This document shows positions 28,844 to 41,698 of a stretch of 64,000 bases of DNA, in pieces. Location of the stretch: the NCBI GenBank assembly GCA_965153285.1, contig OZ229111.1; one strand, written 5' to 3'. The translations under genes were made by a program, and so were the position numbers. The DNA is from Podarcis tiliguerta. Its lineage: Eukaryota. Each line of letters starts with the position of its first letter. Position 1 is the first letter of the stretch. Below the pieces are notes generated by a model. That model worked only from the letters and a program-made list of their open reading frames with translations. It had not been told where the DNA came from and made no database searches.

Positions 28844-31479
28844 GCCTTTTAGCAAAATCAGCCAGGCTATGTAACACTAGTTTTCACCTGCAGGGCTAAT
28901 CTGTTTTGCATGGGGGAACGCACCCTCTAAGAAACCTCGAGTAATTTATTCAAATTGCTCCTGAGAAGCTTAAGAGATGTCCCCAAGTTATAGATAAAGT
29001 GAACCAGTGGCAGAGAGAACAGACATTTAAATGGTTTTTATTCTTTCTTGCTTGTATGTATGGAACCATCCCTACAGCCCTAAGGCTAAACAGCATGTTA
29101 TTCACATAGTTTGCCTTGAAGTGCAAGCTTTTTCTTTTACATATTGCCAGTGTGGAAGGTCTGAAGGATCCTGCCATCAGATATATTGTAAGGATAGATA
29201 TGGCATAGTGCATCTGCAGCAGCACAAACAGACCCCTTCATCTGCCCCTGCTGCAACAAAGCATATCTCTCCCATATCAGTCTCTACAGCCACTGCAGGC
29301 GCTGTAACACTTCAGTGATTTGACTTCACCCTGAAAGGCGCACTACTCCATTGTTTCCCATGATAGAGGGATGCCAACAACAACAACTTTGCTCCCCGCT
29401 TCAGTACAATCTCACCAGATCACTGCAAGAATAGACTTAAGTTTGCACGGGGGTGGGGGGGTGGGGAATTCCCATTCATTCCAATGGCAGCTTTCCACCC
29501 ACAATGAAAATTGCAAGTCAGGGGAGTGGGCTGAAACAGATCAGGTCAACAGCAGGGATGAAACGGTTAAAAACTCCCCTATCACCTTGAAAGAATCCCA
29601 GTCAGGGTCTGCAATGAAAAGGAAAAAGCTTGCACTCAAGAGCAAACTATGTGATTAACGTCACATAAAGTTAAAATTAAAAAGGAAACCATTATATAAG
29701 TGTCCAGACTACTGAGTTTACCCATCTCCCTTTATTTGTAGTATCTGAAAATGAAATATAGGCACACGAATTGCAGCCCTATCACCACCCCTGCTTTTCA
29801 GAAAACCTTGCATAGTCAATAAAAATTGCTTGTAAATATCTATTGTCCCTGACATTTATTTCTGTTTTTAAAATAACAGTTCTTAATTTGGTTTGTGTGT
29901 GCGTGCGTGTGTATATCTGTGAGCACATGCACGTACATACTGCATGTGTGTATTCTGCAAATCATCTTGGGTGTCATAAGTGATTTGTAAGTTTTCAAAA
30001 CAAATAAATACAATTATAAGAATTTTAAACACTACTTTTAAAAAATGACCAGGCAGATCTTATCAAACCGCTGCTACATGCTTTATATGAGAAAAGACAT
30101 GCTCTACCAGAGATAACATAAGCCAGGCTACTGTGCCTGCCATAAAAGAAACAAGAAGGCTTGTCTTCCCCCTAGCATGCTAGTTTTCTATGCAGATGGA
30201 CAGTTTTGTATGGAGGAAAATACAGACATTTGAGTCTCCTTCTGCAGTCTGATATGGAACTGTCTGGGCACAGATTTACTGCACCACTGAGAACTAGACC
30301 AATATCTTTGCAGGATCTCAAGTAGTAAGAGAAGATAAAAGAGGTCGTACACTTCAATATATCGCAGAGCTAGCAACGTTAAATTCTCAGCTCGTATCTC
30401 TGTTCTGACAGAAATGCAGTGGGTGGCTTTTTGCAAGCTAATATAGTTTGGGTTTACCCGGCACGAAAAAAGCTTTTAAGCTCTCTATCACACTCAACAC
30501 ACCATCTCTGGAAGGTTCTGGGTGCTCTCATGAGATCTTGCAGGCCAGTCCAAGTTCCCACAAGATCTTGCACAATCATCCCTAGCCTTCCAGAGTGTTG
30601 TGCTGAACAAGCCTTGCCATCCAAGCAAGGCAAAAAGCTCAAAAGATTATTTGCATGTCTGTTTGGGTTACCTAGCACAAAAAGAGCTTTTAAACTCTCC
30701 ACCTTGCTTGCTAGCCAAGACCTGCTCGGCACAGCACCCCTGAAAGTGCTGGGAGTGTTCTCTCTCCTCCTCACCCGCTAGCCATGCTGTGGCTCCTGTT
30801 GGATCCTCTTGAATTCATAGGTAATGCATGTGTTGCTTTAAACCACCAGAAAGTTCTGTATAGTAATCTAGCCAGCATTTGCTTGTAGTCTTTGCATTTG
30901 CCGAAGTTAAGCCACTCCTAAAAGCTGAGTCCATTTTTTGTTTGCTGTTCTCTCCAGACAAGATGTCTGCTATTTCTCGCTTTGTAGCTCCACTCATCCT
31001 GTAAATAGTTCCTGCATGAATTAAGCCCCTGAACTCTGGAAACTGTAAATTTCCCATCTTAATTCACCCTAACTATAAGCAGACCTTTCAATTATATGCA
31101 ATTTTCATGTTGATGCAAAAAATTAAGGATGAAATAAATTGTAGAGGAAATATTCAGTGCTGAGTAGCCAAAATTCAGGCCCCAAGCACAACAGAAAAAA
31201 ATAAATAATAGGGCTAGAGGGACTACAGATAACCAAGGGCGAGAACCAGGAGGATATATACGAAGTAAAAGAGGCACACATTGAAACAGCACAGCTAAGA
31301 AAAATCTGGAAAGATGTTCAAAGCACCCTCAGCCAAGGAAGGCACACATCTGATAGTTCATGCCTTACTGACAAAAAAAAGCACCTACTTACAGCAACTT
31401 TCATGGTGCCTTGGATCCATCCACCCACATCCTTTTATCCTCTCCAGGCCTGCGCCCTACAGTCCAGTTGCAGCACCAA

Positions 31480-31860
31480 TGGAACCATGCCCCTCCCCCA
31501 GTTTATGTACCCTCATCTGACCAGGGGTGGGGACACAATCTGAAACTTCTCCTACATGGAAGTCACTGCTCTTCCCTCTCCAAGCCCTTCTTGGTCCTAG
31601 GAGACAGTGGGATGGGGGAACATGGGGATTTGTCCGGCCTGTCCCTGACCTGAAAGGCCTCTTCCTCCGTTTTTCTTCTGACACATTCTGCGCTCCCACC
31701 TCTGCTTTTGGCTGCTCCGACCTGTCCTCTTTCCTCCTCCCTGGCTCCCTGGCTCCTGCCTTGTGAGAGGCACTAAACCCCATAAGGCACTAAACCCCAT
31801 AAATCGCTGGTTCCCTCCCCGGGGTCAGACCCCAGCCGCCCTGCATCCACCCCCACCCCC
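31480..31860 (-). mobile_element. LTR-like relic, copy 1
   Basis: About 330 bp are visibly homologous to 32975-33348 (tttatgtaccctcatctgac...aaaccccataaatc.ctgg). Confidence 0.5.
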
Positions 31861-32563
31861 ATCAGAGCCCTGCCAATCCCTGCCAGAAGACAACCAAGGA
31901 AATGAATGTCATGAAAGCAATAAACAGAGCCAGAGTGTGCAGAGCCAGAGGTACTGCTTAGATAAAATCTGATTCTGACATTGTCCCCACAGAGAAAGGA
32001 GCAATTCTGAACACAATCTCACACTACCATTTTGTTCCAGAATACAATGTCATGTACAAAGCAGAACCATCTTCTGTATAGGATCCAACAAAAATTGGCT
32101 GATTCAGTGGGAGGGGAATCTAATCAAGATAGTCATGAATATTGCTTGCACGCAGTCAGTAAAAAAGCTTTACTAGCAGCAAGGCCAAATTAAAACAGTA
32201 CAGACTTTCAAGATAAGGCCTAATGAATATTAGCAATTATCCCAGCGGGTGTGCTCATCAGGAAGGCAAAAAAGAGCAAAGGAAGAAAGAGATATTGTTC
32301 TTCTCACAAAAGACCATTCAGAGGAATCACCTTTAAAAACAAACTAGATTTAAAATTGTGTTTGTTTGCACAGTACAGGGTTTCTGTTATTAAAGAATGG
32401 GCACGTCTACCTTAAAATTTAAATTATTCCTGTTTGTGAGATGTGCACATCCAGCCAAGGAGGATAAATGGCCAGTAGTTAAATTTTTTATTGACAAAAG
32501 CATGTGCAGCAGCTCCTAAGGTGCAGATAATACAAACATGCTCACACTTCTAGAAACCACATA

Positions 32564-32914
32564 AAAGGTAAAGGGACCCCTGACCATTAGGTCCAGTCGT
32601 GGCCAACTCTGGGGTTGCAACACTCATCTCGCTTTATTGGCCGAGGGAGCCGGCGTACAGCTTCTGGGTCATGTGGCCAACATGACTAAGCCCCTTCTGG
32701 CAAACCAGAGCAGTGCACGGAAATGCCATTTACCTTCCCGCCAGAGCGGTACCTATTTATCTACTTGCACCTTGACGTGCTTTCAAACTGCTAGGTTGGC
32801 AGGAGCAGGGACCGAGCAACGGGAGCTCACCCTGTCGCGGGGATTCGAACTGCCGACCTTCTGATTGGCAAGTCCTAGGCTCCGTGGTTTAACCCACAGC
32901 ACCACCTGCGTCCC
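32564..32914 (-). mobile_element. Sauria SINE (Squam1), full length
   Basis: Minus strand begins GGGACGCAGGTGGTGCTGTGGGTTAAACC (tRNA-like A box), has B box GTTCGAATCC and ends in an ACCTTT tail. Flanked by a direct repeat aaccacata. Confidence 0.9.
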
Positions 32915-32974
32915 TTCAGCAACCACATAGCTGACATTAACTTTCCCAGGTTCAAAGCAACAGTGGGACCACGC

Positions 32975-33348
32975 ATCCCCCATCCCCAGGTTTATGTACC
33001 CTCATCTGACAGAGTGTGTGCATGCAACCTGGGATTATGTTATGCAGAAGCTATCACTGTGCTTACCTCTTCAAGTCCCTCCTGCTTCTTGCAGACAGCA
33101 AGGCAGAGGATGGCATGGATTCGACCGGCCCACCCCTTGCCTGAACAGCCTCCCCCCTCCTATTCCAACATGTCCTGCACCTCCTCCTCTGTCTCTTGAC
33201 CGCTCAGGCTCTTCGCCTTCCTCCAGCTCTGGCTTCTGCCTTGCAGGTGGCACAAAACCCCATAAATCACTGGCTCCCTTCTCCTAGTTCAGCCCCTGGA
33301 CTCCCTGCCTCCGCCAAACACTTGTCAGAGACTTACCAGTGTCTGACA
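32975..33348 (-). mobile_element. LTR-like relic, copy 2
   Basis: Homologous to copy 1; minus strand starts TGTCAG. Confidence 0.5.
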
Positions 33349-33850
33349 GCACGTTTGCCTTTGAGTTTTCTATTGGGTTATTTTGTTGCTTTGTTATTGC
33401 ATTTTAAGGACATCTTTCAACTACAGACTTGGTATGTTTTACAGAAAAATCCTACGTGAGGTTTGGGAGAGGCACAGACACAGATCCACTGCTGCATCCC
33501 CATGCCCTGCTGGCTTACTTTTTCATTGCAACAGCCATTTCACTGCAACAGCACAGCTGAGCGGTCCAAGAACCAATCTGCAAGGCTTGGACCCTCCAAA
33601 AGAGTACCAAGTGCCCTACCTTTCCTCTGCTCTCACCCAAACGCAGTTTCAGAGCTTTCTGCTTGCTACCATCACTAGGAAAAAAGCCAATAGTAGCTTT
33701 CCGTCCACCTGAGTATAAGCCCGGGGCCCCATCACAACAGCCCCCCACCCTCCATCAGCACTCCTCTCTGATCGTGAAGGCCGGCAGAAGGGCAACAATA
33801 TGCCTTTCAACTCCTTCCAACCCCTCCCTCAGCAGGGCATATGCGTTATA

Positions 33851-34206
33851 CAGTGGTGCCTCGCAAGACGAAAAGAATCCGTTCCGTGAGTCTCTTCGTC
33901 TAGCGGTTTTTTCGTCTTGCGAAGCAAGCCCATTAGCGGATTAGCGCTATTAGCGGTTTAGCGGCTATTAGCGGCTATTAAAGGCTTAAGGGATTAGCGG
34001 ATTAGCTGCTAAAAGGCTATTAGCAGCTTAGTGCCTTAGAAAAAGGGGGTGGGGAGCGAAAAAAACCCCCAGGAATCTCAAGACATTTTCGTCTTGCGAA
34101 GCAAGCCCAAAGGAAATTCGTCCTGCGAAGCACCTCCAAAACGGAAAACCCTTTCGTCTAGCGGGTTTTCCGTCTTGCGAGGCATTCGTCTTGCGGGGCA
34201 CCACTG
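33851..34206. mobile_element. Tc1/mariner MITE with internal ttagcgg(cta) tandem array
   Basis: TA|CAGTGGTGCCTCGCAAGACGAA...TTCGTCTTGCGGGGCACCACTG|TA. Confidence 0.88.
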
Positions 34207-34816
34207 TATTGCACACTTGATAGTTATCCTTGGTTTGCAAAAATTCTGGGAACTGTAGGTCTGTAGGAGAGAGACTAGGAATTTCTAACAAAAATGATCA
34301 GGACACTCACCAAACTAAAATAGCCAGGACTCTTGGGAAGAAAGGATCGCAATGGTTATATTAAGACTTGCAATGCTGCTGTAACCTATGCCACATCCTG
34401 CTTCGTTATTATCCACAAAGATCAAAAGTCCCCTAAGAAAACACACGATGAAATCCAAAGCTCATTCTGCTTTCTGCAAGGACCTCCATAACATCTCATT
34501 CCATCCCAAACGTAAGCAGTGAGGACAAAACTGTGGACTTCAGGAAAAAGAGAACAGCTGCAGCAATTCTCCAAGGCAATGAATTCTCTACACCAATTGC
34601 TATTAACAGAAAAAGTCTGGAGCATATTGCTCCAGAAGTATTTTTGTCAATTATGATCCTACTTGTTCTAGTCCAGTGAAGTAAGTGCACAGCAGCTGGA
34701 GCTGCACACACTGATCTCTTTTTTTTAAAAAAAGAAAAAGGGAAAAAGAGAAAATCAGTTGTTTGGCAGGGAAGGGGAAGGTTTTCCTCTCAAACAGCTG
34801 ATCACCAGCTTTTTCA

Positions 34817-34838
34817 TATATATATATATATATATATA
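34817..34838 (+). repeat. (AT)n microsatellite
   Basis: Direct observation. Confidence 0.95.
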
Positions 34839-36639
34839 AAGCTGCTGGATCAAAAAAGGGAAGTGCACATGCAGCATGTAGCTGCACAAATAGTTCCTTG
34901 TGTAGCAAGAAATATGAGCCCAGAAGTCTGCTTCTATGTACCTATTGGTGGTAGGGCAACTAACTATTACACTATTGGTGGTAGGGCAACTATTACACTA
35001 GCACTAACATTTTAAGAAAGGCTAATGAGTCCATTTTCAATAAGAACTGAATTCTGGAATTCATGTCTTTTTTGCTATCCTACTCCAATTCCACTCCATC
35101 TTTCTTTGGATTGGGGGAAAAAAATACATCATCTCTCTCCCTCTCTCTCTCTCACTCATACACACACCATTTACGGATTTGGGTTTCTGAAGCAGTATGA
35201 TAATATTTTCTGGCTTTATTATACATTTTTAAATATCACATAACATCCTATTTTATTCTGAGAGACAAAATGTTTTAGCCGAAGCTATCGCATTTTATCT
35301 GAATATTTATTTTTGGCCTAGCAATCAGCTTTCTTTATTAGTAAGGTTATTCCTGCACCAAACTACCCGCTGCTACCAAAGTTCAGTGCTTTGAAACTGA
35401 CGATGTTATGTCATCAGTACACAGGCACATGAGGATTTTTAAGGCCGCATGCTTAACTTTACACTGCCGCATGCTTTTTAAGGCCGCATGCTTAACTCTA
35501 CACTGACAATGCCATGCTATACATGTCTACTCAGAAGTAGGTCCTATTGACTTCAATGGCACTTACTTCCAAATAGGTTTGTATCAGATTGCAGCCATAA
35601 AGTCTTGCAGAAAACTAACTGCAAGGAGGGATCACAGTCACACAAATGCCTTTTCCTGAAGAATCTGTAGGCAAAGTATCGTGCTGAGCAAGCTGAAATA
35701 TGGGGGTCATCATTTAGTTTACAAAGTTCTCCACTGTAAATTGATTCGAAATGCCTTGGATGAGTTGATGGGTAAATTTTATTTATAAGTGCTGTCAGTC
35801 ACAATATGTATTAATCTAACGTTTGCTGTAAGAATCCATTTGGGGGCGGAAATTGATTGTACAATTAATAGTTTCATCCACCTTGCCTACTGTGTTGATT
35901 GCCTTCCATGGAAGATGGATTAAACTTTATAATCCACCATATAAGTCACCTAATAGAGAAGCTGACATACTGATATTATTCACTAAAGTGAACTGCTCAC
36001 TGTTGGTGTAATCAGTTATGCTGCTAGTGATGCACGTGGCCTGGGCGACAACAAAATCTTCCAGATCTCAGCAATTCCTTTTTACCCTTCACACAATACG
36101 CAGAAGAATGTCTTCATTTCCTAACGTAGGCAGGGAGTGCCACCATTGTAAACTAAAACTTAATCTATTATAAAAGAGGCACTTCTAGTGTTTGCATTCA
36201 AGGTGTGCAATACACGATGGCATTGGCAGATATTCTTCCTATAGGCTGCTTTGTTTTGTTTTTTACTGAGTTTTATAAACAAGAATAATGTTATACAAAT
36301 AAGTATACCAAGTTTTCTCATGTCATTTGTATATCACAAAAACAGCATAATAAATGTGGAAAAATATCTACAGCATACATTTCATTATTAGTGGTCAACA
36401 TATAAGTTCTTGGTTCATGAACTGGTTTAAACAATTAGGAAGAAAAAGAGAAAAGAAAGGGGGGGAGAAGAGGAGGGAAGAATGGCAAGTGGGGTGGCTA
36501 TGCTTCTTTTATTCTACTTAGTGGGGGGGGGTGTCAGTGTTACTTGTAAGGGTTCTCTTACTATTCACTTGTTGTGTTTCCTTGGTGGTGAGAGAGGTTG
36601 GGGGTGGCTTAGGGCGTGGTTGGTTGTCTTTGGTTGGCT

Positions 36640-36888
36640 GAAGAAGAAGAGTTTGGATTTGATATCCCGCTTTATCACTACCCGAAGAAGTCTCAAAGCG
36701 GCTAACATTCTCCTTTCCCCTCCTCCCCCACAACAAACACTCTGTGAGGTGAGTGGGGCTGAGAGACTTCAAAGAAGTGTGACTGGCCCAAGGTCACCCA
36801 GCAGCTGCATGTGGAGGAGCGGAAACGCGAACCCGGTTCCCCAGATTAAGAGCCTACCGCTCTTAACCACTACACCACACTGGCTCTC
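36640..36888 (-). mobile_element. tRNA-derived SINE, Squam3-type, full length
   Basis: Reverse-complement near-identical copy of 22704-22953. Confidence 0.88.
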
Positions 36889-37176
36889 ACTGCCTGTAGT
36901 GAGAATTGTTCACAAGCAAAGAAGCTGTCACCTTTCCCCTTCTAAAGTTCAGAACCCTGCCAATTACATGTAGTCGGGCTGTCAGATTAACCCAAAGACT
37001 GTGGGTGACACCCAATGCAGCCATACGCAGAATGGACCCATTCAAAGCCCTAACAGTCTGGACTAATCTACCCTGCAACATGGGCAGCCGACCTGTGGCC
37101 AGCCCACCCTGATTTATAGTCAGTAAAATTTACTGTAAAATACACAATTCATGATACAGGGGCTATCAATTACGTA

Positions 37177-37381
37177 CAGTGGTACCTCGGGTTACAGAAG
37201 CTTCAGGTTACGCGTTTCCGGGTTGTGCACCACACCGAACCCGGAAGTACTGGAACGGGTTACTTCCGGGTTTCGCACAGGCGCAGAAGCGCCAAATTGT
37301 GACCCGCGCGCGCAGACGCAGCACTGCGGATTGCGAACGTGCCTCCCTCACAGATCACATTTGCAACCCGGGGTTCCACTG
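37177..37381. mobile_element. Tc1/mariner MITE, related TIR, different CpG-rich core
   Basis: TA|CAGTGGTACCTCGGGTTAC...GCAACCCGGGGTTCCACTG|TA. Confidence 0.85.
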
Positions 37382-38040
37382 TACTGTAGAATTAAATATT
37401 ACAGAGCTGTTGTTTTTAAATGTTCCTCATCCATCTAAATAGCTTTGTATGCAATAATCAATTCAAATAAATTGTAGACAATTAAGCTTTTCCTCACTGC
37501 TCAACAAAGTCATTAAGGATTCGTGCAAATGTAAAATGTGTTTCTCTGAACACACAGTTGCATAATACATACAATCCAATGAGAGCTCTATTGCCAATAC
37601 CCAGTGTAAAACTCTGTGAAAAATCTACAAGGTTTTTTTGTGTAAAGAAACGTCAAAGGCATTTTTAAAAAATGAAAGCAAGACGTATAAAAATAAAATA
37701 CTTAAACTTGCCCATGAACTAAGCCAAAATTATTGGTTTTGAACACGGCATAAAGGTGCAAAGTTAAAACAAGATGAACCCAGCTAAAATTCAATGAATT
37801 GCCAGCCTCTGATGCAGAGAGATGCTTTACCCACTTCAAATAATGCTTTATGATATTGGTTATTAGCACAGACCTCCTAGTGGATTGACAGTGACACAGA
37901 GATTTGTGTCCTAAATTTCTGGGAGCAAAAACAGACTGCTCAGACACACCGCTACATAGATTGTTCTTTACAGTGACCTGAATTGTTTTTCCCCGTTTTT
38001 GTTATAATCTCAGTAAATTAAGAATACCGAAGGCATTATA

Positions 38041-38071
<31 letters not shown>
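38041..38071 (+). repeat. (TG)n microsatellite
   Basis: Direct observation. Confidence 0.95.
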
Positions 38072-38735
38072 ACGCGCACACACACAAGTAACCAATGTTT
38101 TAAGGGGTTTTTCAAACAAGTGCCTTCATTGTGCAGTGACAAAAAAACCCCAAAAGAGAAACAAACCAACACTATTTAGTATTACAGACTTCAAAGCACT
38201 CCTTGTATACAGAATCTCAAGCTAAGATACAAGCAAGCAAAAACTGCCTATCAAGAAATGTTGAATTCTTCCTATTTGGTTTTATATGTTTCAATCAAAA
38301 GATACCAAAGAAGTGTTTGATTGTACCTCTAAAAATACTAAACTGAGGATGATAAGCACCAATATATTTAAAAAGATTGAGAAAAAAATGACAAAATCAA
38401 TCGTGTCCAACAGAATCGAAAGATTACTCAGATCTGTTTATTTGGGGCTGGCAATGTGCTCAGACAAGGACCTGAAGACCACCTCTGCTTTCATCTTAGA
38501 AGGATGCACATTATTTGTTACAAAGACCCTATGCCTCAAGCATTAGGAAAAAATCAAACTGCACAGAAGGCTTAAAAACTAGCTTGCTATCTAACATGTG
38601 AAGTTTTTCACATACAACCTGATGTTTACATGTGGACACTTAAAAAAAAAATCCCCCATACATGAACAGAAATCCCAACATGAGGAGGTGGCCACATTTG
38701 AACTGTCCCTAGGTATGTTTTCCAAGTCACTAGCC

Positions 38736-38985
38736 CATGGTTAGGCAAACTAAGGCCCGGGGACCGGATCCGGCTCAATCACCTTCTAAATCTAGCCTGC
38801 GGACGCTCCGGGAATCAGTGTGTTTTTACATGAGTAGAATGCGTCCTTTTATTTAAAATGCATCTCTGGGTTATTTGTGGGGCATAGTAATTCATTCATC
38901 CTCCCCCCAAACAAATAGTCCGGCCCCCCACAAGGTCTGACAGACAGTGGACCAGCCCCATGCTGAAAAAGTTTGCTGACCCCTG
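38736..38985 (+). mobile_element. hAT-type MITE (family B)
   Basis: Third copy; TSD cactagcc/cactagac. Confidence 0.88.
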
Positions 38986-39866
38986 CACTAGACCACAGAG
39001 TCACAATGTATGGAGAGGAGGGCAGTTGTGTTACAGTATGAGAAATGCAGGTGTTCACTGGAAGACACAGGCGGTCATATATGAACTCTAGAGGATCATA
39101 ATATGATCCTGTGAAAAAGGCTGGAGAGATAACTTGCACAGCAGAGAAACTTCTTTGGGTTTGGGGAACCATTTTATCATGCAGTCATCTACTAGTCTGT
39201 AAACAGTGATTCCATGTGCAAAAGAGACTTTCCACTAGCAGAAGAGTACCTTTGGATACAAGTCCATTGTTTTAATATATAAACCTTGGTATCTGCTGCA
39301 TTTACATGGGTCAAACCCCACAGATGCTCTCACTGAAATCAACAGCATTATGATACCCTTCCCTCCAGGGTCTAATCTTTTAATTAGGGAGCTAACTTTG
39401 TCCATTACTTCCCAGTAAATCCTTATCATAGAATAATTCATTTAAAGGTACACCTCTATTGATAATATAAACCATTCAATGCTACCATGATTTTTATTGT
39501 AAAATGTGAAAATAATTGAAACTACAGGAATAGAGATATAAAAGTTCATGTGAGGGCTGAGCACTAAGACGGCAGACGGTATAAAACATCAGCAACATAT
39601 AAATCCAATTACTGTGTTCCTCAAAATGCAATTGTATCGCCCCAAGAATTATCATAAACCATCTTATTATATCAGAAACCAGAGCGTGCCTATTGGAACT
39701 GGCAACCAAAGCAGCAAAACACATTTTAGAATGTTGGTTCTCATCTCACCCACCCCAGCTAAATGTATAATTCATTCCATACTTTTATTAAGGTTTCATG
39801 TACATTAAAAAAAAATAATAAAGAACTTCAAGCAGAGGGAAATCCAAAAAACCCCCACATACTTAC

Positions 39867-39972
39867 CAAGTTTTGATTTGTTGAATTAGAATCATCTTCT
39901 GGGAATGGGATGTAAACAGCTAAGGCCACACAATTGGCAAAAATAGCCAGTAATATAAATATGTCAAATGGT
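39867..39972 (-). CDS. CACNA1D: CACNA1D exon 3 (repeat I S1 segment), 106 bp
   Basis: cttcag|A CCA TTT GAC ATA... translates (K)[35 protein letters not shown]|gtaagt, in frame with exon 2. Too short to appear in the ORF track. Confidence 0.97.
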
Positions 39973-41379
39973 CTGAAGTATCTTGTTAAGGAACATCCAG
40001 TGTTGGGATATATTTACATACAACTCAGTCTAATTCCTTACTAATTTCTGCATTAAGGACAATAGGCTTGTTTCTGAGTAAAACTGACATGTTCGAGCTC
40101 TTCTTTTGACTGATGGAAGTGACAACCCTTCCTCCACAAGCATCCATTATATTGTCTCATCTAAATCTTTTTCAGCACATGACCTTTCGTCAATGCCCTC
40201 TTTTTAGTAAGAAACTGCAAAATTACATTATTTCGCACAATATATATACAGCTTAATCAATATTTTGATTCAAATATTTGAAATGCTTACAGATCAGTTC
40301 TCTCCTGATCATTAGATACCGATCATTAGCGCTAATGGAATCTGCATAGGCACAACAGCCACGGAATAAAACCACAGTGATATCTGCCTATATCTGGATC
40401 CAACCCAATTTTGGCACATCAATTTTACATGGGTACGTACAGATTATTAGCTAAGGAGAAAAATGGAAGAACACACTAGTGAAAAATCTGTAGCATTTAT
40501 AGAATATAAAAATAACAGTTTTGACTAGCCACATACTTATGCATGGGTTGGTTCAACTAAAATTGTAAGCTGCAATCCCATTTACCTCTGAGCAACCCCA
40601 ATTGAACTCAGTAGGACTTAGTTTTGGCTAGAAATGTATAGGATTGTGGGGTTAGTGTACTGACTGTATCAAAAGCTACCCATCTTGCCCAAAAGGCTCT
40701 TCTGTACATTCATTTTTGAAGCACAAATTTATCCTATCAAAACAAAGTTCTAAATAGTGATGACACAATGAAGTCTCATCTTGTGGCATCAGGTAATTTG
40801 CTTTAATAAGCATATATGAATCTCTGCATGTGTATCTAAAACAACTCAACAATAGCTTAATAAATGTGAAATAAATCCTGAAGTCCAAAACACTATGTAT
40901 TAAAGGATATTTTTAGAACTGCATTTTAAGAACACAAGAACTTGTATCTAAGGCTTACATAAAAGTAACATTCACTCCTCTCTGCCACATTTCATAAGTC
41001 CAAATCAACATGGACAGGCTATAACTTAGCAGTTTTAATCCCCTACCCAGGCTGCTTTTTCACCCAGAGGAGAAAATCTAACAGGGAAGATTTCGCCACC
41101 ATCACCTCAGATGAATGAAGGAGGCTTAGGGGGGCTGGTTTTTAGTTGGGAAAGGGTTAAGCAGCTTTTCTCTACTGACATTTTCTCCATTCCAATTTCC
41201 AACTTGCCCAGGCTGATTTGAGTTAAAATGAAAAAGGGGGGGGGGGGGAGTAGGAATACAGCGATAATACAGAATTCTGTGCAATATGTAGTCTAAGCCC
41301 AGGTCAATGTCTTTGACACACTTTTGAGTCTTCAGAGTAGAGATGGTAAGAACAAAAAAAACCTCATAAAAAAGGATAC
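39973..41379 (-). other. CACNA1D: CACNA1D intron 2, U12-type (minor spliceosome) GT-AG intron
   Basis: 5' splice site GTATCCTTT. Branch site TTCCTTAAC (39993-39985) lies 12 nt from the exon boundary, with no extended polypyrimidine tract. Confidence 0.95.
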
Positions 41380-41698
41380 TTCCATTCTACTATACCAATG
41401 CAGGCTCTCCGGATTGGGTTATTGAGGGATAAACAGAAAAGGGCCCGGGCTGGCCGACTGTTGGATGTATTACCCTGTTTTTTGCTCTTGGCATATTGCT
41501 GGCGTTTTCTTTGGGACAGAGATCCTACAGGTTGGGCTGGGGTGGTGCTCATGCTTTGGGCAGCCTTGGCTTGTCTAGCAGCATCAATTGCAGCTTGCCA
41601 AGATAGCACAGTTTGCTTGGATGGTGCTGAGCTGTTCGACTGGAGAATTGGTCCGTCACCAGGAAGAGGAATTTTGGTGCTATTTGCATAGCTTGCTT
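41380..41698 (-). CDS. CACNA1D: CACNA1D exon 2 (N-terminal cytoplasmic domain incl. NSCaTE), 319 bp
   Basis: Acceptor ttttcctacag|AA. Translates (E)[105 protein letters not shown](K), which is recognisably Cav1.3. Ends at GAATGGAA|GTATCCTTT. Confidence 0.97.

Larger units (their letters stand above)
1..39866 (-). other. CACNA1D: CACNA1D intron 3 (partial; continues beyond window start)
   Basis: gtaagt donor after exon 3. No exon-4-like sequence (EKVEYAFLIIF...) was seen in the remaining 39.9 kb. Confidence 0.85.

Noticed and set aside
33930-34030. CRISPR-like short repeat array
   Set aside because: Eukaryotic context, no unique spacers; it is the internal tandem array of a TA-flanked MITE.
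1-39866. CACNA1D exon 4 or a nested coding gene
   Set aside because: No matching translation seen by eye; a short or non-coding exon cannot be excluded without RNA data.
41398-41691. 97-aa + strand ORF
   Set aside because: Antisense shadow of CACNA1D exon 2.
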